Below are positions 9,513 through 16,947 of a stretch of DNA of 34,320 nucleotides, one piece after another; the first letter of the stretch is position 1, and each line of letters begins with the position of its first letter. Under the pieces are notes generated by a model. That model made no database searches, had not been told where the DNA came from, and saw only the letters and a program-made list of their open reading frames with translations. The DNA comes from Cyclobacteriaceae bacterium. Its GTDB lineage: Bacteria > Bacteroidota > Bacteroidia > Cytophagales > Cyclobacteriaceae. The translations under genes were made by a program, and so were the position numbers. The DNA lies in NCBI GenBank assembly GCA_015492915.1, contig WGED01000695.1, positions 1 to 34,320 on the forward strand, in the 5' to 3' direction.

Positions 9513-10907
9513 TTAAATCTTAAAGATCATCCGGAGCCATTTCAGACTGTCGCCATAGGGAGGATAGCGAAGCGGTATATCAATCTTGTTGCTTTGCTTT
9601 ACGATGCCTTTGCTGTTGGAAAATACATCAAAACTTGCCTTGCCGTGATATTTGCCAATGCCGCTGTTGCCCACACCGCCTACAGGAATGTGCGGGCTGC
9701 CAAACTGAAACAGCGTGTCATTGATGCATCCGCCGCCATAGGGCATTGCCCGGATGATCCGCTCCTGTTTCTTTTTATTCTTTGAAAAATAATACAAAGC
9801 CAGCGGTTTGGGGCGGTCTTTGATTTCGTTGAGTGCATCCTCTAGGTGCTCAAATTTCATGACCGGCAGGATGGGGCCGAATATTTCATCCTGCATCACA
9901 GGATCCTCCCATGAGATTTCATCAATTACCGTGGGAGCGATATACCTGTCTGCTGCGTCATGGTCCCCGCCTATGACAATTTTGCCGTTTTCGAGCAGGT
10001 GTTTTAGCCTACTGAAGTTACGGTCGTTGATAATCCTCGGGTAGTCCGGACTCTTTTTAGGATCATCACCATAAAACTTTTTGATATAATGACTGATCTT
10101 ATCCAGAAGTTCGTTTTTAATATCCTTGTGTGGAAGTAAGTAATCCGGAGCAACGCATGTCTGGCCTCCGTTTACAAATTTACCCCATACGATACGCCTT
10201 GCAGCGATATCGATATCTGCATCGCTGTCAACGATACAAGGCGATTTGCCGCCGAGTTCCAGTACACAAGGTGTGAGATTTTTGGCCGCAGCCTCATAAA
10301 CGATCTTACCCACTTTGACACTTCCTGTGAAAAAGATATGATCGAATGCTTCTGCGAGCAGGGCCTGTGTGACTTCGGGTCCGCCTTCGACTACCGCTAC
10401 ATATGATTTATCAAATATTTCTTCCATCATCATCCTGATCAGGGCTGAAGTATGGACTGCCAATTCTGACGGTTTGAGTAAAACACAATTGCCGGCAGCG
10501 ATCGATCCCACCAGCGGTTCCAGAATCAGTTGCAAAGGATAGTTCCATGGCCCGATAATCAATGATAATCCATAGGGTTCTTTGTACAAATAGTTTTTGG
10601 CCGGAAAGCTGACCAGGGTGGATTTCAACTTTTCGGGGCGCATGAGTTTTGGCAGATTTTTCAGGAAATATTTTATTTCCTCCTGCACAAGGGCCACCTC
10701 GGTGCCGAAAATTTCAAATATCGACTTTTTAAAATCTTTGTTTATCGCATCAAACACATCGCTTTCATATTTTTTCAGCACCTTATTCAACTTTTTGAGC
10801 TGCTGAAGACGAAATCTGAGACCAAGTGTTTCACCCGAACGAAAATATTCTTTTTGCCGGTGGATCAGCTCGGGGATTTGCTCTGTTGTTGAAATATTAT
10901 TTGTCAT
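9513..10907 (-). CDS. NAD(P)-dependent aldehyde dehydrogenase (ALDH3-like length class)
   Basis: 464 aa. Catalytic Glu motif LELGGKSP, catalytic Cys motif GQTCVAPDY, and FTGS cofactor motif. Confidence 0.93.
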   Translation of the reverse strand: MTNNISTTEQIPELIHRQKEYFRSGETLGLRFRLQQLKKLNKVLKKYESDVFDAINKDFKKSIFEIFGTEVALVQEEIKYFLKNLPKLMRPEKLKSTLVSFPAKNYLYKEPYGLSLIIGPWNYPLQLILEPLVGSIAAGNCVLLKPSELAVHTSALIRMMMEEIFDKSYVAVVEGGPEVTQALLAEAFDHIFFTGSVKVGKIVYEAAAKNLTPCVLELGGKSPCIVDSDADIDIAARRIVWGKFVNGGQTCVAPDYLLPHKDIKNELLDKISHYIKKFYGDDPKKSPDYPRIINDRNFSRLKHLLENGKIVIGGDHDAADRYIAPTVIDEISWEDPVMQDEIFGPILPVMKFEHLEDALNEIKDRPKPLALYYFSKNKKKQERIIRAMPYGGGCINDTLFQFGSPHIPVGGVGNSGIGKYHGKASFDVFSNSKGIVKQSNKIDIPLRYPPYGDSLKWLRMIFKI

Positions 10908-11153
10908 GGCATTCCGGTTTTATTCAATATCGGGAAGTTCATTACTCCCGTGACCCTGTGCGGAAGTATGAACACCAATGCGAGGTAAAAATTAATATTT
11001 TTAAACTCACAACTTCCCCAAAAGCGGTATAAATATATGATGACGGAAATTTTGGATTTTAAATTTTCAGAAACAAACAGTTCTAAATATTCTTTTCCTC
11101 TCAGGAACGGATAAGAGCTGAAATAGCTTTTTGTATATGGAGCTTTTATGTAA

Positions 11154-11600
11154 ATGAACTTAAGTATGAAAGGGGCATTATTTCTTTTATTGTTAATTGT
11201 CAATATCTCAACGAGCTTTGCACAGAACGGCAACACCAGGGATATCACAGGTACATGGCGGACATCATCAGGTGATTTGCTTGTAAGGATAGATGTCGTA
11301 GGTGGTCATTATCAGGGCAGGATTGTATGGCTCAAAACAGATGAAGCCGGAAAGATGCCCCTGGATGAAAATAATCCAGACCAACTTAGAAAACGAATGC
11401 CGTTAAAAGGAAATAAAATCATTTGCGATCTCTCTTACAATCCCGATAAGACAGAATGGAACGGTGGCACATATTATTGTTTCAAAGAGGGCAGAACCTA
11501 TAAATGCTGCATCCGCATGGCAGCCAATGATCAGATCAAAGTGATCCGCTATACCGGATCGCCCGATGCCGGTATTTCGGACATTTGGTACAAACAATGA
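11154..11600 (+). CDS. DUF2147-family secreted protein
   Basis: Signal peptide ending SFAQ. It is followed by the pattern GTWRTSSGDLLVRIDVVGGHYQGRIVWL...NPD...PLKGNKII that I recognise as DUF2147. An alternative ATG lies at 11166. Confidence 0.78.
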   Translation: MNLSMKGALFLLLLIVNISTSFAQNGNTRDITGTWRTSSGDLLVRIDVVGGHYQGRIVWLKTDEAGKMPLDENNPDQLRKRMPLKGNKIICDLSYNPDKTEWNGGTYYCFKEGRTYKCCIRMAANDQIKVIRYTGSPDAGISDIWYKQ

Positions 11601-11820
11601 TTGTCCTGGCAGGAGGACTCTTAAACCTCCACGACTCTCAGACGCTTTTTTAAGAAACAGACAGCATGAATTTTTCCTTTGTTTCCTGACAGGGAGACAG
11701 TCTGTAGTACTTATCATGATGAATCCACTATTTATTCAAAAAAGCCAATCAAGGGATTTTATATCACGTAAATATTGTTATAAATATAAAGCTGTCAACC
11801 ATTATATCAAGGAGGAAATC

Positions 11821-12525
11821 ATGAGCAATGTTTTATTGGAATATATGAAAAAACGGTTTATGCCGGACCACAATCATATTGTCAGAAGGCATACAAAGCC
11901 GGGTCCGGTGGTAACCATTTCAAGACAATACGGTTGCCCGGCAAAACAACTGGCCGCCCACCTTGTGAGTGCGCTTGACCAGATTGAGGCGGAGAACTTT
12001 ACAAAACAGACATGGCAATGGATAGGCAAGGAAGTGCTCGATGAATCAGCGAAGGAATTGAATCTCAACCCCAAAATGGTTAAGGAGATCGTCCATGCCG
12101 AAGACCTCGGGCTTGTCAACGATATCGTCATGTCGCTTTCACACCGTCATTATCCGGGAGATATTAAGATAAAGAAAAAGATAGGCCACGTGATCAGGGC
12201 ATTTGCCGAGCAGGGTCATATTATTATCGTTGGGCGTGGCGGAGTGTCAATCACAAGGGATATTGAGAGGTCTCTTCACATCAAGCTGATGGCCCCGCTG
12301 GAATGGAGGATCAACCAGGTGAGCAAAGCCCATGAGATCACGCTTAATGATGCCGAAAGAAAAATCAGGGAGATTGATAAGAAGCGGGAACATATCAGAG
12401 AGTTTTTCGAGGGCAAAAGAGTGGACGACACTGCTTTTGATGTGATTTTCAATTATGCTACACTGGAGGAGGACGAGATTATTGCCACAATCATTAAGAT
12501 GATGGAAATGAAAGATCTTATTTGA
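11821..12525 (+). CDS. cytidylate kinase-like family protein
   Basis: In-frame ATG at 11821 (MSNVLLEYMKK...). VVTISRQYGCPAKQLAAHL and IIVGRGG are typical of the Cytidylate_kin2-type family. The 85 codons of open frame upstream overlap the DUF2147 gene and look non-coding. Confidence 0.75.
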   Translation: MSNVLLEYMKKRFMPDHNHIVRRHTKPGPVVTISRQYGCPAKQLAAHLVSALDQIEAENFTKQTWQWIGKEVLDESAKELNLNPKMVKEIVHAEDLGLVNDIVMSLSHRHYPGDIKIKKKIGHVIRAFAEQGHIIIVGRGGVSITRDIERSLHIKLMAPLEWRINQVSKAHEITLNDAERKIREIDKKREHIREFFEGKRVDDTAFDVIFNYATLEEDEIIATIIKMMEMKDLI

Positions 12526-12877
12526 TCATCTTAATTTATATGGAGTGGAAAGTGAGGAGGAATACATTGTCTAAAACCTCATTTTTCTTACATGTTAAGG
12601 GATTTTGCGTTTAAGTCGTAAATGCAGGAGGCCTGAAAAATTTATCGAATTAGTTCCCGATTTCATCGGACGAATTGGGGAGTTGATAGAAACAGGGTAT
12701 GGGTACTAAAAGGATGTTATTGCCCTATTCATCCCATTTTCTTGCTCAATTGCAATCTGTCCTTACTAAAATCCAATTTCCCAAACAAGCTTCCAGACTC
12801 CTTAAAGGATACTTTTTCTATTTGTAGGGATTAATTTTAGGACGGAATTAAAGATTGGAAGCTAAAAATATCATTTG

Positions 12878-13420
12878 ATGATGAATTCTATAACTATGGA
12901 AAGGAAACTGAGAATCATGATGGTGGCCACAGCGATGCTGATGGCCGTGGGTTTTACAGAAGTATTTTCCCAGACTGCAAGTGTGTACCGTATTCAATCC
13001 CTGTTTTTATATAATTTTTCCAAACATGTAAAATGGGAGAATACAGAAGGAGCTACATTTACAATCGGGGTTTATGGTAATAAGCAAGCCTTCGAACAAA
13101 TAAGGGAAGGCCTTAAAAACAAAAGAACCTGGGGTAATTTTATAAAAGTAATAGAGATTACCTCACCGGCAGATGTCAGTCAGTGCCACATTTTATATCT
13201 GCCTAAATCAAACAAAAAGAAAGTGGTGGAATTTATCCGGGCTTCCGGAAATGTATCCAATACCCTGATTGTTACAGAAGATGATTTGGTAAAAGAAGGT
13301 GCTGCTATCAGTTTTATTTTCCAGCAGTCCAAGATGAATTTCAAGATCAGCAAAGATCGTATAGAGCAATGTGGACTGAAGGTGAGCAGTTCGCTGGTGT
13401 CAATTGGCGTAGCAGCCTGA
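12878..13420 (+). CDS. YfiR/DUF4154-family periplasmic protein
   Basis: Signal peptide (MERKLRIMMVATAMLMAVGFTEVFSQ). Then VYRIQSLFLYNFSKHVKWEN...FTIGVYGN...CHILYL, the DUF4154/YfiR pattern. The start is ambiguous: ATG 12878, 12881 or 12896. Confidence 0.75.
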   Translation: MMNSITMERKLRIMMVATAMLMAVGFTEVFSQTASVYRIQSLFLYNFSKHVKWENTEGATFTIGVYGNKQAFEQIREGLKNKRTWGNFIKVIEITSPADVSQCHILYLPKSNKKKVVEFIRASGNVSNTLIVTEDDLVKEGAAISFIFQQSKMNFKISKDRIEQCGLKVSSSLVSIGVAA

Positions 13421-13446
13421 AAATATTTAAGTTTAACCTATCAACA

Positions 13447-13476
13447 AAGCCCCCGCCAAACGAGTGGGGGTTTTTT
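13447..13476 (+). terminator. intrinsic terminator (CCCCC-N11-GGGGG + T6)
   Basis: The sequence aaagCCCCCgccaaacgagtGGGGGtttttt lies 27 nt after the YfiR-like stop, between convergent genes. Confidence 0.7.
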
Positions 13477-13488
13477 ATTGCCTGAAAA

Positions 13489-14853
13489 TCATAATAATTC
13501 ATTGGCGAGATTGGCGAGCTCCGAGCGTTCACCTTTTTCCAGGGTGATGTGTGCATAGATGGAATGCCCCTGAATCTTGTCTATCAGGTACGATAACCCG
13601 TTACTTTGCGAATCGAGATAAGGTGTATCTATCTGATAAATATCTCCTGTAAACACAATCTTGGTGTTTTCTCCAGCTCTTGAAATGATGGTTTTCACTT
13701 CATGAGGCGTGAGGTTTTGGGCTTCATCCACTATAAAGAAGATGCTGGACAATGAGCGGCCCCTGATATAAGCCAGGGGTGTGATGACCAGTTTTTCCTT
13801 ATTTACCATGTCATTGATCCGCTTGTAGTCTTTATCAGATTCATTGAACTGATTCTGAATAAATTTAAGGTTGTCCCAGAGGGGTTCCATATATGGGTTT
13901 AACTTTGATTTGATATCACCCGGAAGGTAACCAATGTCTTTATTGCTGAGTGGAACAATGGGCCGCGCTAAATAGATCTGCTTGTAATTACGCCTTTGCT
14001 CGAGTGCACTGGCCAGTGCCAAAAGGGTCTTGCCTGTGCCGGCTACTCCTGTGATCGATAGCAGTTTCACTTCGGGATTCATCAGGGCGTGGATAGCGAA
14101 TGTCTGCTCGGCATTGCGAGGTTTTATGCCATATGCCGTCTTTTTAGTAACTAATTCCACATTATCTGTGTGCGGGTTGTAAAAAGCCAGGCCGGATTTG
14201 CGCTGACTTTTAAGAATGAAATAATTATTTGCTACAGGTTTTTTGCGTTTCAGCAACGCCCTCACATCACAACTCTTATGTTCATACAATTCATTGATAA
14301 GATCAGCATCCGAATTATTAATAACCGATTTGCCGGTATAGAGTGTATTGACATTTTTGATTTTGCCCGTCTCATAATCTTCGGCGAGCAGATTCAGAGA
14401 TTTGGCTTTAAGCCTCAGGTTTACATCCTTAGTCACCAGTATCACCTTTGTATTTTTATTTTCTGACTGAAGCTGCAGTGCCGCGTTGAGAATCTTATGA
14501 TCCGGTTTTTTCTCGTCGAAGATCTTTTCGGCGTCGATTTCGCTTTGCTGAGTCATCAATACCCTGAATCGGCCCTTATTCCTGCCATTGATCGGGATCC
14601 AATCCTGGAGTTTTTGGCCTTTTGATATTTTCTCTAGTGTTCTGATAAATTCCCTCGCTTCAAAGTTTTTAATGTCATTGCCTTTCTTAAAGTTGTCCAG
14701 CTCTTCAAGCACGGTAATGGGGATTGCGACATCATGTTCGGCAAAATTCATGATGGCGTCATGAGAATAAATAATCACGGATGTGTCCAGCACAAAAATC
14801 TTTCGCTCCTCTTTTTTGGTTGTTCTTCTCATTGATAAATTATTGAATGGCAT
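13489..14853 (-). CDS. PIN-PhoH fusion protein (PhoH2 / YlaK type; predicted RNA helicase-RNase)
   Basis: N-terminal PIN acidic residues (FVLDTSVI, LEELD, VTKDVNLR). PhoH ATPase with Walker A GVAGTGKT (14026-14049) and Walker B FFIVDEAQN. An alternative start at ATG 14832 would remove the overlap with the upstream gene. Confidence 0.92.
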   Translation of the reverse strand: MPFNNLSMRRTTKKEERKIFVLDTSVIIYSHDAIMNFAEHDVAIPITVLEELDNFKKGNDIKNFEAREFIRTLEKISKGQKLQDWIPINGRNKGRFRVLMTQQSEIDAEKIFDEKKPDHKILNAALQLQSENKNTKVILVTKDVNLRLKAKSLNLLAEDYETGKIKNVNTLYTGKSVINNSDADLINELYEHKSCDVRALLKRKKPVANNYFILKSQRKSGLAFYNPHTDNVELVTKKTAYGIKPRNAEQTFAIHALMNPEVKLLSITGVAGTGKTLLALASALEQRRNYKQIYLARPIVPLSNKDIGYLPGDIKSKLNPYMEPLWDNLKFIQNQFNESDKDYKRINDMVNKEKLVITPLAYIRGRSLSSIFFIVDEAQNLTPHEVKTIISRAGENTKIVFTGDIYQIDTPYLDSQSNGLSYLIDKIQGHSIYAHITLEKGERSELANLANELL

Positions 14854-15490
14854 TCATATAAAAATAATCATCTTTCTCACCTGTCCGTATCTTCAGTATG
14901 TTGGAAATAACCAGACTTACAAGTATCCTGGATGCTCTGCTTCTTGACAAACCGGCAATTTTCATGAATTCACTGAGCGTGGCATTACCATGTTGCTCAA
15001 TATGTCTGAAAAGCAATTGCTCGTTGTTTCCAACCATTACAGGTTGTGATTTGTTTCCCCGAGAATGCTTTAAAATCTCAACGGCCTCCCGGCTCGCCTG
15101 AATACTTTTGTCATTGACCCTGATATATGCCTTACCTCTTTTGTCAGGGTTTTCACGATAGTACCCGGGCTTTTTCCTGTTTTCATAAATAGTGTATAAC
15201 AACACGCCGCGTTTTTTTGTGATGGGAATATAATCCGATTGATATCTGACCGGTGGCCGGGAATGGATTCTGATCGCTTTATCTATAACAAAACGCTCTT
15301 CTTCGGCGTGTTTCAGGCCTGTTATGTTGCCATCGTCACTTACCCCGATTAAAAGTTGTCCCCCCCTGGCATTGGCAAAAGCGACCATCTCTCTGACTAT
15401 TTTTTCAGGGAATGTTGCTTTTTGCTTAAACTCCAATTGCTGCCCTTCACCCTGGCTAACTAACTCTTCTAACTCTCGAAGATTCATCAT
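14840..15490 (-). CDS. AlbA_2 (Schlafen-like) domain protein with C-terminal winged-HTH
   Basis: 216 aa. The N-terminus ELVSQGEGQQLEFKQ...MVAFANARGGQLLIGVSDDGNITGL is the AlbA_2 hallmark. The C-terminus ATLSEFMKIAGLSRSRASRILVSLV is HTH-like. Its stop overlaps the 14853 start of the PIN-PhoH ORF by 14 nt. Confidence 0.8.
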   Translation of the reverse strand: MMNLRELEELVSQGEGQQLEFKQKATFPEKIVREMVAFANARGGQLLIGVSDDGNITGLKHAEEERFVIDKAIRIHSRPPVRYQSDYIPITKKRGVLLYTIYENRKKPGYYRENPDKRGKAYIRVNDKSIQASREAVEILKHSRGNKSQPVMVGNNEQLLFRHIEQHGNATLSEFMKIAGLSRSRASRILVSLVISNILKIRTGEKDDYFYMNAIQ

Positions 15491-15568
15491 TGCATTGCAA
15501 AACTAATCAATACGATTGATAGCTTTATCGAAAATTAAACGAAAAAAAATCATGCTTAATGAGTGGAT

Positions 15569-15592
15569 ATGAAAAAAAGATGATTTTTCCAT
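15569..15592 (+). repeat. copy 2 of the 24-nt A/T hairpin motif (ATGAAAAAAAGATGATTTTTCCAT)
   Basis: 22/24 identical to 8342-8365 and about 19-20/24 identical to 20090-20114. All three copies are on the + strand and in intergenic DNA. Confidence 0.4.
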
Positions 15593-16153
15593 TAAAAAAT
15601 AGATCGGGGCACTACGATTAGCAGCAGTATCTTTCTATGAGAAAACGGGCATTATTTTTATTAATCGCCTGTTAAGGTGCTTTGCGAAGCGATTAATTTT
15701 AGAGAGTCGGTTATGTACTTTTTTGTTGAGCACAAGCTTTTTTTTCCTTCCATAAACATATCAAGGTGATAATCACGGTGTTCCGGTTTGATAAAATCTT
15801 CTTGCACGGATCAATCCGGAGAGTTTGAATTTTTCATCCCACAAGACAATTGTTCATCGTATTTAAATTATGACAGAATACTTTTCGCCCTATTTAATGG
15901 AAATCAGGCAGTTTTACTGAAAGCTGATTATTAAAACAGATAATGGCGAAGTTGAGAACTTTTTATGTCAGGAATTATTACAATAAAAGATTGCGCGGGC
16001 GTTTATAGTTTTGTCAGGATTGTAAATTATTTGTTACCGATGTAACATTTTTTTCTGTAATGGCAGGTTTGAATGGTTACATGAATTTACTTTTACGCAT
16101 AAATCTTTGCATTTAAAGCAGAAAGGCTTTTACAAATATAAACAGACTAAGTT

Positions 16154-16300
16154 ATGAAAAGATTAGTGGTACTTATTTCAGTTGTTTTTGTATTGATGGC
16201 GGCATCGTGTACGCAACGAACATGCCCGACTTATACCAAGGGCATCAAAGAGGACCCGCAAAAGCAAGCTGTCGAGAAACAACTTGATGAGAGAGTTTAA
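16154..16300 (+). CDS. small (48-aa) predicted lipoprotein, absent from the ORF track
   Basis: ATG 16154 to TAA 16298-16300: MKRLVVLISVVFVLMAASCTQRTCPTYTKGIKEDPQKQAVEKQLDERV. It has a classic n-h-c signal peptide with lipobox AASC. It lies 71 nt upstream of a second lipoprotein gene. Confidence 0.55.
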   Translation: MKRLVVLISVVFVLMAASCTQRTCPTYTKGIKEDPQKQAVEKQLDERV

Positions 16301-16371
16301 CTTCAGTATTAATGTGCACAATGGACTGAAGCTATACATTCTTTAAAAGAAGCAATAAAAATTAAGGTATT

Positions 16372-16782
16372 ATGAAATCACGAATTTTTCTTTCTCTAGC
16401 AATTTTTTCATTTGTTTTATTTACAGCAAGTTGTGGCAAGGAAGAATTATTTGCAACAGTATCCATACAGGAAACAGGAAGTGATCTCGGTGGAGATGTA
16501 ACAGGAGATGGCGGGAGTACACAGCGAAGTTATACCTGGAACAATTCTTTAAATACTGTTGATTATAATATGGATATAACTGCGTCCCTCAGTGGCAGCT
16601 TTAATCTGAGGATTGACGATGCGGACGGGAACAATGTTCTAAATCAAACTTTAGTTGCCGGTAAAGGGGAGGATACGAAATCCGGAGTTTCTTCTACCGG
16701 AGCCGCCGGAGATTGGACCATTACAGTAACATTAACCAATTTTAATGGCGATGGTTCATTTAGTGTAAGCCCCGGGAATTAA
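16372..16782 (+). CDS. predicted lipoprotein, function unknown (Gly/Asp/Thr-rich beta-type domain)
   Basis: Signal peptide MKSRIFLSLAIFSFVLFTASC with a lipobox. The mature N-terminus is C-G-K-E-E-L. No domain is recognised in the rest. Confidence 0.75.
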   Translation: MKSRIFLSLAIFSFVLFTASCGKEELFATVSIQETGSDLGGDVTGDGGSTQRSYTWNNSLNTVDYNMDITASLSGSFNLRIDDADGNNVLNQTLVAGKGEDTKSGVSSTGAAGDWTITVTLTNFNGDGSFSVSPGN

Positions 16783-16862
16783 AATATGTGATTATCAACA
16801 AAATGTATCGATCAAAAATATTAAAGACAGTGTATTTATAAATTTGCTGTTATGTGAGATTT

Positions 16863-16890
16863 AAGCCTGGTCACAGGCTTTTATCTTTTT
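16863..16890 (+). terminator. intrinsic terminator for the lipoprotein gene(s)
   Basis: AAGCCTG-gtca-CAGGCTT (7-bp stem) followed by ttatcttttt. Confidence 0.6.
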
Positions 16891-16900
16891 GTCAGGACAC

Positions 16901-16930
16901 AAAAAAAGGGAGCTATGCTCCCTTTCTGTT
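16901..16930. terminator. bidirectional intrinsic terminator (rho side strongest)
   Basis: A7-GGGAGC-tat-GCTCCC-TTTCTGTTTT. On the minus strand the hairpin is followed by T7, 26 nt after the rho stop codon. Confidence 0.8.
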
Positions 16931-16947
16931 TTATATTATGTTTTGTT

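Noticed and set aside
10904-11248. 114-aa minus-strand ORF spanning the ALDH/DUF2147 intergenic region
   Set aside because: It is an A/T-rich, low-complexity translation. It overlaps both flanking gene starts and covers the divergent promoter region.
11566-11820. 85-codon N-terminal extension of the cytidylate-kinase-like ORF
   Set aside because: The extension overlaps the DUF2147 gene end. Its translation (PVFRTFGTNNDCPGRRTLKPPRLS...) is not protein-like. The family-typical N-terminus begins at ATG 11821.
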